Origin: a candidate division FCPU426 bacterium
GTDB taxonomy: Bacteria; Oederibacteriota; Muellerivitia; Muellerivitales; Muellerivitaceae
NCBI GenBank assembly: GCA_963719085.1
Contig: CAVRAL010000004.1
Coordinates: forward strand, 150,504-214,503
Length of the DNA stretch: 64,000 bases
Reading direction: 5' to 3'
Shown here: positions 20,368-28,740 of the stretch, piece after piece
Layout: each line of letters begins with the position of its first letter
Position numbering within the stretch: position 1 is the stretch's first letter
Notes under the pieces: model-generated
Seen by the model: only the letters and a program-made list of their open reading frames with translations
What the model was told of the DNA's origin: nothing
Databases searched by the model: none
Position numbers and translations under genes: made by a program

Positions 20368-21381
20368 TTACGGTTCGAGCTGCCCGCTGCTGGTCGATAT
20401 GACGTAGCCACCCGAACTAGTCGTAGGCCCCTTAACGACATTATCGTTCTCCTTGATCTCAGTGACGATCGACCCACTTTCATTTTTATTTTGAGCTGAA
20501 ATATAAAAAAACATGGAACTTAATTGATCAGATGGGATGTAATAAACCTGGGACCAGGGCAAAGATACCCCGCTTTCCTGGGTGGTGTTCCCCTTGTCAT
20601 CCCGATAGGTCAAGTCCGCGCTATCACAACCGTCATATCCCTCAACCACATATTCACACTTAACATCTGTCGTTTGATTATCGATTGCCGTTTTTTTAAC
20701 CGCGCTCGCGTTCCCCATCATCAATTTATTTTTCGAGGCCTCGTCCCCGGCCATTTTTTTATCGAGGGTATCCATGAAGTTAGCGGCGATCCACCGGAGG
20801 GTCCATCTCTGCTCCTGGGTGAGGTCGAATTGGTCCGTGCAAACGGCGACGTGGACATTATCGGCTTTGGCTAGATCCGCCAGTTGTTGCCCGCTCAAAG
20901 TAACCGTGATGAATTCATTGAGGGATCCATCCGAATTTTTCTTACTTTGGTATTCCGAGGGAAGGTCTCCCAAATCTTGGCTCCCGATGGTCACCGCCAC
21001 ATCCTTACAATCAGCGTAGCGGCCCGCGCCATCCGTGCTGTCCCAAAAAATCAGGAATCCGTGAGGAGGATTTTTAACAGTCGGGTGGTCGGGAACCAAC
21101 GCTAAAATCCGCAAGTTTTCCTTGAAAGTATTGTCGCCCACATTATCAGGGGAATATTGAAGGAGCATCTCCGAGTCCACTTGGTCCCGTTTGATGTTGG
21201 TCAGTTTATTTCCAGCATCATGCTGGACCACGAACAAGTTCGATTTCACGTGATCCGCCACAAAGTCCTCATAGCTTGCGAACTTACCCGTTGAACCGCC
21301 AGTTTGGGCGAAAAGGGAGTGGGAGAAGGAAAATAACAGGGCAACGAAAAAGACCGAAGATCTAGTCATAAATATTTTCAT
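20368..21381 (-). CDS. Secreted hypothetical protein
   Basis: Signal peptide MKIFMTRSSVFFVALLFSFSHSLFA. No recognisable domain. ATG confirmed. Confidence 0.45.
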   Translation of the reverse strand: MKIFMTRSSVFFVALLFSFSHSLFAQTGGSTGKFASYEDFVADHVKSNLFVVQHDAGNKLTNIKRDQVDSEMLLQYSPDNVGDNTFKENLRILALVPDHPTVKNPPHGFLIFWDSTDGAGRYADCKDVAVTIGSQDLGDLPSEYQSKKNSDGSLNEFITVTLSGQQLADLAKADNVHVAVCTDQFDLTQEQRWTLRWIAANFMDTLDKKMAGDEASKNKLMMGNASAVKKTAIDNQTTDVKCEYVVEGYDGCDSADLTYRDDKGNTTQESGVSLPWSQVYYIPSDQLSSMFFYISAQNKNESGSIVTEIKENDNVVKGPTTSSGGYVISTSSGQLEP

Positions 21382-21436
21382 GTTTTACCTTTCCAATACT
21401 AGCGAGCGATCAAATACGCTCCCTATTGTATCCAGC

Positions 21437-23308
21437 CTATCCTCGCTTTTTAATCTTTTGTTTCTTCCCCATCACATGCCAAAGGCCATAAGCTAAGAAC
21501 CCCGCGCAGGTGGCGAAGGCTTCGCCGGTGGCGGCTTCTCCGCTGTTCTCATCCACCGACTCGCAAGCCAGGCCGTTGTCCATGGAGGCGCGCTTAATAA
21601 AGGAAAGCGCCCGGTCTTTGTGCCCGGACAAGAGGCTGTTCACGGCGGCCAAGACCCAAGGGTGCGAGGCGTGGCGGCAGCCCACTTCCTCGAAGGGTTT
21701 GCCCGCGTAGGAATAAAGATATTCCGGGGAATGGACCCAATCCCGGGTCTTTTTCCAGGGCGGATAAGTGGCTTTGCAAAAACCCCAGTGGGGCAAAAGC
21801 AAAAGACTGCCGGGCGGCTCATCATATAAGAGGAAACTTTTGTTCAAATCCACCGACCAGGCGAACTGGCGGCCCTTGGGGCCCTTCACCAGGCATTTGC
21901 GCAAGATAGCCTTGCGGGTTTCTTCCGCCAGCGCCCGCAGGCGCCAAAAGGCTTTTTTGTCTTTTTGGTGTTTTCGGATTTCAGAAAGATCAAGCAGTGC
22001 CCGCCAAACCAATACGTTGTCATAGGTCACATAGCGCTGGGGCCAGGGATCATCGGAAGGCAAAAGCCAGGTCTCGTATAGGGCAACCTTAGGATTGCGT
22101 TTGGTCGCCAGGACCTTCTCAAACCGGACCAGGGATTCTTGAAACTCAGGCTTATCTAATAGGGAGAAATCCTTGGTGGCATCAATATATTGCTTTAAGG
22201 CGATCACCGGCGCGCAAAGCTCATCCAGCTCAAAACCCGGTTCCAAAACCGCGCCCGAAAGATAGCGGCTGTGGGTGCCAAAATTATTTCCCTGCCGGCG
22301 AAAGATGGCCGTCAGGGTTTTTTGGGCCCATTCGGGGTCCTGCGCCAAAAGCGCCGGAAAGGACCAAAGCAAGGCATCCCGGTCCCAATAGGCTCCGCTC
22401 ACGTAATAACGGGGGCTTCGGGAAGTCATCGAAACCACTTCTTCGGTATCCATGGCGAGACCGGTCGAATAAAAGCGGTTGAAGAAGGCGTTTAAATTAA
22501 GGATCGGATCCAGTTCTTTATCTTTGGTTTCCAGCCGCCTTGCCTGGAGCCATTTGCGGTTTTGATCCCGCAAAACCGCGCCGCCCGCCCTTTGCATTTC
22601 CCGGGCGGAGGCGAAAGCGCCGATTTCATCCGGGCCCAAGCCAAAATAAAAGAAGGTTTCCCAGAACTGGTTGGATTTGATGTCCCGCGATTGAAGCCAC
22701 TGCAGGGTCAGGATGTCGTCCTCGGGCACCGGCGTTTCCCGGCCCACGGGTGAGAGGGCTTTTCGGCCCAAACGGTAAAAAAAGCGGCTGGACTTATCCG
22801 GTGGATAAAGCGCCAAGGCGGCCAGGGGCTGGGGCGCGCGCCATTCAAAAACCGGAGTGCCTTCCCAGCTTTTGGAAACCAAAACCCTCTGGCCCTTGAG
22901 CGGCTTGGTCAGGTTCACGCTGTGAAGCATCTCGCCCCAGGCCGTCTCGGCCCCCACCACGCAGTAAACGGATTTTTCCGAGAGATTTTTGACCTTTATC
23001 GAAAGCACAAAGCCCCGCTCGCCCACGGGGCAAAAATAGCTTCCTTCCATCTCCACTTGCTCGTTTTTAAAATGAAAGTGCGGCATCCAATCCGCGTCCC
23101 GGTCCCAGACCAGTTGACCCAAGAAAAGAACCTCGGAATCATCCAGGAACAGGCGGGGCGTGACGAGCGGTTGGGCCTTCCCTGAAAAGGAAAGCAACCC
23201 GTTGAGCCCCATGTGGGCCACGTTCAAATTCTCAAGGGTGGCGTCTTCTTCGTTCAGGGTCGGCAGGGAAACATATTCATTTCCCGTCGGCTGGTATTTT
23301 TTTTTCAT
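21437..23308 (-). CDS. Putative glycoside hydrolase of the (alpha/alpha)6 six-hairpin superfamily (GH125/GH63/GH15-like)
   Basis: 623 aa, cytoplasmic. The C-terminal 400 aa have the aromatic/acidic pattern of six-hairpin glycosidases (YYVSGAYWDRDALLWSFPALL, TYDNVLVWRAL, CAGFLAYGLW). Family assignment is by recall only. Confidence 0.45.
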   Translation of the reverse strand: MKKKYQPTGNEYVSLPTLNEEDATLENLNVAHMGLNGLLSFSGKAQPLVTPRLFLDDSEVLFLGQLVWDRDADWMPHFHFKNEQVEMEGSYFCPVGERGFVLSIKVKNLSEKSVYCVVGAETAWGEMLHSVNLTKPLKGQRVLVSKSWEGTPVFEWRAPQPLAALALYPPDKSSRFFYRLGRKALSPVGRETPVPEDDILTLQWLQSRDIKSNQFWETFFYFGLGPDEIGAFASAREMQRAGGAVLRDQNRKWLQARRLETKDKELDPILNLNAFFNRFYSTGLAMDTEEVVSMTSRSPRYYVSGAYWDRDALLWSFPALLAQDPEWAQKTLTAIFRRQGNNFGTHSRYLSGAVLEPGFELDELCAPVIALKQYIDATKDFSLLDKPEFQESLVRFEKVLATKRNPKVALYETWLLPSDDPWPQRYVTYDNVLVWRALLDLSEIRKHQKDKKAFWRLRALAEETRKAILRKCLVKGPKGRQFAWSVDLNKSFLLYDEPPGSLLLLPHWGFCKATYPPWKKTRDWVHSPEYLYSYAGKPFEEVGCRHASHPWVLAAVNSLLSGHKDRALSFIKRASMDNGLACESVDENSGEAATGEAFATCAGFLAYGLWHVMGKKQKIKKRG

Positions 23309-23457
23309 TCCCTATTCCAGAAAATAAGTTGAAGTTTCAAAAGCCCGCCCCACAACGCTCAAAAAGCCAAAGAATCTTTTGCAATGATCAATGCCGATGA
23401 ATGCGGATTACAGGATCAAAAATTTCATGTTTTTTAAATCAGCCTTTATCGGCTTTG

Positions 23458-25506
23458 CTAAGGATGATAACCGCCGCTTTTGACCAAATAATCGAGATTC
23501 GACCGGGCCTGGGGATAGTTGGGGTCCAAGGCCAGTACCCGGCTAAAATAACCGCCCGCCCTTTGGGTTTGACCCAGATAAAAGGCCGCGATCGCCGCGT
23601 TGAAATAGGCTTCTTTGTAACGGGGATTCAGGTCCCAGGCCTTCTGGTAATAATCCAAGGCTTCCTGGTTCCGGCCCAAATGCACCAGCGCGTTGCCCAC
23701 ATTGTAAGCGTACTTGGGTTCGAGCGGGTACCATTCCTGGGCCCAGGCGTAATCCCGAAAGGCGCGGCCATAGGCCTCCTGGGCCTTTAAATAATAAGCG
23801 GCGGCCTTTTTATCTTTGGCCTGGGCCCTGAAATCATCGCCCTGATTTTCCGCGGTTAAGCCCAGCGCGTTTCGCTTGAAGGCGTAATTACTAAAGAAAA
23901 ACAGGGCCGTCCTTTCATCCACCGGATTTTCGGGCGGCCGGTTGCGAAGCCGAAGGCGATTCCAGGCTTCCATTTGTTGGGCGTCGGTTAAAAGCGACAC
24001 CGGCCCTTCGCGGTTCACCCGGTTGACGATTCCCTCGGGCGCCAAAGCCGCTCCCGGCAGGATGCGCGGGTCCAAGTCCTCGAAGCTTAAGTAAAAAGGA
24101 TGATCGGTATTTTTTTCCGCCATCCAACTCATCAAGGTGGGGATCGATTCAAGCCCCAATCTTTCATCCGTCAGGGGAACGTGTAAATCCGGGTGGGATT
24201 TGGCCAAGTCGCGCCTAATCCAATCCATCGGCAATCCGTCCACCCCGACGAAAGCCAAGTCCGGACGCTTTTTTTCGACCCATTGAAAATACCAGGCGGG
24301 AAAAACCAAGCCATCGCCCTTCGCGTAATAAAGCGAGCCCTTGGGAAGTTCCTGAAAAGCGTTAAGTCCGTAATCATAGGCGTAGGTGTAGTGGGTTTGA
24401 CGGTCCCGTAGATCCCGGAAAATTCCGAGACCTAACAAAACCAGGGCCAGGGCCAAGAAAATCAAAAGTTTCCCCTGGAGTCTTTGGAAAACGGCTTTCA
24501 GCGCGAAAGCCGTGAAGACAAGAATCAGGGTCTGGCCGGCTAAAGCGTATTCCCCCAAAAGATAAAAGCGGGCCGCAGGCAAATTAAGATAGAGCGACAG
24601 AACGACCCATAAGGATAACCATCCGGCCAATAATCCCCGGACCATCTTTGGCTCATTCTTCCAAGCGATAAAGGCGCCCGCGAGTGCCGCCAAAAAAAGT
24701 CCCGGCCATTCCATGAAATAGCGTTTCAATAAATCAAAGGCCTGCGCGGCCCAATTCAACGCGCCTCCATTGTGCTCGGCGCCGCCATATTCCGCCCGGG
24801 TCAAGTGAAACCAAAAAGAACTGAGGGAACCCGGCTCTCCCCAATTTAAAAGCGGTGAATGGACCGCGCGGAGCGGAAGAAATAAATAGAGGGACAGGCT
24901 TAAAACACCCGCCACGAATCCCAGCCAAAGTTTGGCCCTGGTTCCCCCGCCTTGGGCCTGGTCCCGCGCGAAGAGGAAAATCCCCGGCGCCAAAACCAAA
25001 AGGGTCATCCAATGGTTGGCCAAGGAAAGCCCGAAAAGAAACCCCGCCATCTCCCACTTCACTTCCACCAAGGCCAAAAGAATCCCCAGAATGAGCGCGG
25101 CGGTAAGTTGGTAAAGACCGGTCTTAGCGCTCAAAGCGCCCGGATAGGCGCTGGCCCCGGTCACCCAAAAAAGCGCCAGGACAAAGGCCCAGCTTTCGGG
25201 AAGCTTCACCCACTTTTGAAATAGTTGGAAAAGAAGCACGCAGTTGAGGGCGGCCAACAGGGCTGAAAGCAGGTTGACCCGAAAGCCGAATCCGCCCAGG
25301 GGCAAAAAAGAAAGGAAATGGCCGAGCAGGGTGAAAAAGGGATAACCGGGCGGATGGGCGACGCCTAAAAGGACCGCCGCCGTGATGGTTTCGGCGCTGT
25401 CATCGGCGTAAAAGCCGGGATTGACGCCCGTCAAAAGAAAAAGAAAGGCGGCCAAAAATAAAAGCGGGTTCCGGAAAGTTTCCCAACAGCCGGAAAAAGA
25501 GGGCAA
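23458..25506 (-). CDS. DUF2723-family GT-C membrane glycosyltransferase with C-terminal TPR repeats (TMEM260/TMTC-like)
   Basis: Multi-TM N-terminal region (AETITAAVLLGVAHPPGYPFFTLLG...) followed by TPR motifs (YYLKAQEAYGRAF, ALDYYQKAWDLNPRYKEAYFNAAIA, LALDPNYPQARSNL). Only a TTG start (25506) is available, so the start is low-confidence. Confidence 0.65.
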   Translation of the reverse strand: MPSFSGCWETFRNPLLFLAAFLFLLTGVNPGFYADDSAETITAAVLLGVAHPPGYPFFTLLGHFLSFLPLGGFGFRVNLLSALLAALNCVLLFQLFQKWVKLPESWAFVLALFWVTGASAYPGALSAKTGLYQLTAALILGILLALVEVKWEMAGFLFGLSLANHWMTLLVLAPGIFLFARDQAQGGGTRAKLWLGFVAGVLSLSLYLFLPLRAVHSPLLNWGEPGSLSSFWFHLTRAEYGGAEHNGGALNWAAQAFDLLKRYFMEWPGLFLAALAGAFIAWKNEPKMVRGLLAGWLSLWVVLSLYLNLPAARFYLLGEYALAGQTLILVFTAFALKAVFQRLQGKLLIFLALALVLLGLGIFRDLRDRQTHYTYAYDYGLNAFQELPKGSLYYAKGDGLVFPAWYFQWVEKKRPDLAFVGVDGLPMDWIRRDLAKSHPDLHVPLTDERLGLESIPTLMSWMAEKNTDHPFYLSFEDLDPRILPGAALAPEGIVNRVNREGPVSLLTDAQQMEAWNRLRLRNRPPENPVDERTALFFFSNYAFKRNALGLTAENQGDDFRAQAKDKKAAAYYLKAQEAYGRAFRDYAWAQEWYPLEPKYAYNVGNALVHLGRNQEALDYYQKAWDLNPRYKEAYFNAAIAAFYLGQTQRAGGYFSRVLALDPNYPQARSNLDYLVKSGGYHP

Positions 25507-25519
25507 AGGACCTCTTGTC

Positions 25520-26056
25520 TTATTCGGCCAGCAAATAAAGCCGGTTGTCCTCGACCCGGTAGATCATGGGCGCGATCAATATCTTGGGATAGCGGGCCCG
25601 CAGGCGGTTGGCCTCGCTGAGCGTGAAGGTTTCCTCGTCGCCGATCTCGGAGTTCGCGACGTTCTGCTCAAAATGCACGGCGGCGGCTTCCCGGGTCCAC
25701 CCGGCCTCAATCAAACCTTCGATAAACTTTTCGCGCTTCGTCGGCAGTTTCACCATGCCGCACTGGGTGTGACCGATGAGCGCCATGGCCCGCACCCCGC
25801 CCACGGCTACCGCGAAGGAAATCTTAAACTCGCTGGTGCGCATATTGGCGCCGGCGGCCCGGATGATGAAGGCGAACAGGTCGGGGGCGTTCAAATGCTT
25901 GCGGTTGTCCATGCACATGCCGATGAGAAGCTCGGCTTTGGGATAAACCTCAAAAGGCCGGCCCAGGTTGTGGTATTCCAAAAAGCGTCCCACCGGCGTG
26001 TCCCGGTATTGGGGAAAAATATCGGCGGCTTGGTTGACGGGCACGAGTCGGCTCAT
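25520..26056 (-). CDS. Beta-class carbonic anhydrase
   Basis: Zinc ligands in CMDNR and HTQCG motifs. ATG confirmed. Only 14 nt separate it from the DUF2723 gene downstream. Confidence 0.8.
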   Translation of the reverse strand: MSRLVPVNQAADIFPQYRDTPVGRFLEYHNLGRPFEVYPKAELLIGMCMDNRKHLNAPDLFAFIIRAAGANMRTSEFKISFAVAVGGVRAMALIGHTQCGMVKLPTKREKFIEGLIEAGWTREAAAVHFEQNVANSEIGDEETFTLSEANRLRARYPKILIAPMIYRVEDNRLYLLAE

Positions 26057-26244
26057 GATTTCCTGCTTTTATTTAAATTTCAAAAGACATTTTTACACTG
26101 ATGCACGCGGATAAACACCGATAAGGCCTAAACTTTTTTGAAAGAAGTCACAAAGAATCAGCGTTCATCGGCGTCCACCATTGCTAATTGCCTTTGATTT
26201 CGGTGAGTGATTTTAACAAAAAGCGGGGGCTGAAGGAACGGCTT

Positions 26245-28080
26245 TTATCCGACGATGAAAAGGTTCGAGGACTCGGGCAAACGGGAGGCCAACCGGCGGA
26301 TCAGGCGGCCCTTGATCATGCGCCAGAAGAAGGACCTTTTGGACGAACCCACCATCACGGTGCGCACGTTCAAAAGCCGGGCCGCTTCCGCGATGGAAGT
26401 GCCCGCGTCCTCGGCCATGCGCCAAATGGGGATGCCCAGCATATGATATTTTTCCAGTTCCAGGCAGGACGCCGCCAAAACCTGCACCGCCTCAGCGGTC
26501 GGTTTGACCTCCGTCGGCACGAAGAGCCCCGGAACTTCATCCACGTAAACCAGGTAAATATTATTTCGCTTGTAGCCCCGCGCGTGGATGGCCGCTTCCT
26601 CTAAAAGCCTCGGGTTCATCTGCCGCAGGGCCACCAAGACGGGCGAGGATTCCACCGGGCTGGCTTCCTCGGCCTCTTCCAGGGTCAGGATATTGGAAGC
26701 CTCGGGCAGGTCCGCCACTTGGTTTTCCGCCAACGCGAAATCTTCCGCGGCCCTTTTGTCGGCCTTGAGCCGGTGGACCATTCCCACGGCGATCAAGATC
26801 GCCGCCAATCCCCCGCCAAAAAGTAGCGCGTGGGGTTTGTTCACCATGTTGATGACCCAGGCGACCAGCAAAGCGAACGAGGTGAACAAGCCGAACCAAA
26901 ATTTACCGCCCCGCTCGCCGTCCCGCCAGCGCAGGCTGTCCACCGCGATGGAAGATAAGGTGAGGGTTCCGAGCAAACCGAAATTGTAAAGATCGCCCAA
27001 CACGTCCACGTTGCCTTGGGTCAGCAGGATGATGACCATGGGGATCAGGGCCGAGATGATGATCGACCAATAGGGCGTGCCTAAGCGCGGATGGCGTTTG
27101 CGTAAAAAGGACGGCATAAAACCAAGGTCCGACAGCCGCACGTTGACGTGATAATTCCCCGCGATGGCCGTGTTGCAAGCCATCAGTAGAAGCGCGGTGG
27201 CCGCCAAGACCACGCCCCATTCCAACACAGGCCCCCCGGTGGCAAGCCCCAGGGCCGAAAGCAAAGACTCGGGATCCGACATCTTGACCTTGTCGGGAAC
27301 AATAAAAAGGGCGGAGGCCGTGATAGTGGGCGATAAAAGGCCGACGACCAGGATGACCAGCCACATGGCCTTCCCGGCGGTTTTGCCCACCGGTTCTTTC
27401 ATGGCGCCCGAAAGCTGGGCCGCGGACTCAAGGCCCGAATAGGCCAGCCAGGTGCTGGCGTAACCGGTCAGCAGGATCGGCACCGTCAGTTGAATGCCCG
27501 GATGGAAAACCTGGAATAAGAGCGGAAGCCAGGCGTGATGAAAGGTCAGCCACCAAAAGCAGGAGCCCAACAGCACAAAGATGACGCCCATCTCAAAAGC
27601 CGCGAAGGTCGAGGTCAGGGAGGCTGATTCCCGGATTCCGATCAGGTTCAAGATCATTAATAAAAAGAAAAGCGCCAAGGCCCCGGGCACCACCCAAATT
27701 TTGGCCGGAGGATAAAGCGACGCCAGGTAAAAGAGCCCCGAGACCCCCGAAATGGCCGAGGTCAGGAAATAATCGACCGTGATCAACGCGCCGCCCATCA
27801 GGGGTAAAAAGGTGAGGTTCGAGAAGGCTTCCCGGTTGACCGAAACCACGCCCCCGCCGTCCGGACAACGGCGGCAGATTTCAACGTATTTGAGCGCGAT
27901 GGAAATAAAGACGCCCAGCGTGATGACCTGCGCCAGGGTGGCCAAATAGCCGATGCCGCCATAGAGGATTCCGGGAACATAAAAAATGGAAGTCCCGATA
28001 TCGGCGTAGACCACGGCGAAAACCAAAATCCAACCCAATTGATGCAGCTTCACGGGGGCGGACTTTTCATTGCTGGGCAT
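26245..28080 (-). CDS. APC-family amino-acid/polyamine permease fused to a C-terminal universal stress protein (Usp) domain
   Basis: About 12 TM helices with the APC pattern. The C-terminal 140 aa have a UspA-like fold (IYLVYVDEVP...VRTVMVGSSKRSFFWRMIKG). ATG confirmed. Confidence 0.75.
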   Translation of the reverse strand: MPSNEKSAPVKLHQLGWILVFAVVYADIGTSIFYVPGILYGGIGYLATLAQVITLGVFISIALKYVEICRRCPDGGGVVSVNREAFSNLTFLPLMGGALITVDYFLTSAISGVSGLFYLASLYPPAKIWVVPGALALFFLLMILNLIGIRESASLTSTFAAFEMGVIFVLLGSCFWWLTFHHAWLPLLFQVFHPGIQLTVPILLTGYASTWLAYSGLESAAQLSGAMKEPVGKTAGKAMWLVILVVGLLSPTITASALFIVPDKVKMSDPESLLSALGLATGGPVLEWGVVLAATALLLMACNTAIAGNYHVNVRLSDLGFMPSFLRKRHPRLGTPYWSIIISALIPMVIILLTQGNVDVLGDLYNFGLLGTLTLSSIAVDSLRWRDGERGGKFWFGLFTSFALLVAWVINMVNKPHALLFGGGLAAILIAVGMVHRLKADKRAAEDFALAENQVADLPEASNILTLEEAEEASPVESSPVLVALRQMNPRLLEEAAIHARGYKRNNIYLVYVDEVPGLFVPTEVKPTAEAVQVLAASCLELEKYHMLGIPIWRMAEDAGTSIAEAARLLNVRTVMVGSSKRSFFWRMIKGRLIRRLASRLPESSNLFIVG

Positions 28081-28271
28081 GAAAGAACCTTGGGAATTGG
28101 AAGAATCGGATTCTGTCAGGAATCCTTACGGCCGGGCACAATGGCGAACATCATACTGAATTCCGGGGTACTTTCAATAACACCAGCGGGGTGGATTGGC
28201 GGGGAAATGGCTGAAAAATCAGGAAGACAAACCCTGAAAAATCCTAAAACTCATTTTCAAGTTTTTAGGGC

Positions 28272-28312
28272 AAAATAAAAAGTCCCCCTCCGCTTAGGGC
28301 GGAGAGGGACTT
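28272..28312 (-). terminator. Rho-independent terminator after the small Lys-rich gene
   Basis: Hairpin agtccccctccgc-ttag-ggcggagagggact, with TTTTTATTTT on the minus strand. Confidence 0.5.
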
Positions 28313-28349
28313 CTGGCCGCGAATGCGGCGGCCCTAATCCATCAGCGTC

Positions 28350-28541
28350 TTACTTGCTGACGGGAGTCGTGGAAGGAGCGGCGGCGGCCGGCTTCACGGT
28401 CTTCTTCCCCTTCTTGTGAACCTTATGCTTCTGCGCCTTCACCACCGGCGTGCTGCCAGCCGCCGGAGTCTGAGCCAAAACCAAACCGGTCGTGGAACCC
28501 AGGAACAGCACCGTCATCAAAGCCGCGATTAACTTTTTCAT
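28350..28541 (-). CDS. Small secreted Lys/Pro/Ala-rich protein (63 aa)
   Basis: Signal peptide MKKLIAALMTVLFLGSTTGLVLA. Basic low-complexity mature part. ATG with GGAGGA upstream, and its own terminator. Confidence 0.4.
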   Translation of the reverse strand: MKKLIAALMTVLFLGSTTGLVLAQTPAAGSTPVVKAQKHKVHKKGKKTVKPAAAAPSTTPVSK

Positions 28542-28740
28542 TTGAGTCCTCCAAACCCTTTCGGGTTTTTTATTTTTCGGGTCGTTTTCACTTCCCGCTA
28601 GGTATGACGCGGGGGGGCGTTAAAAAGTTGCAGTGGGAAAATCGCGTGTTTCATGAAAGGCCCAAATAAGAAATTATTCCCAGCCGGCCTGTTCCCCTCA
28701 AATTCTCAATGAATTTAAAAAAATTATTTTTTAGTGCAAC

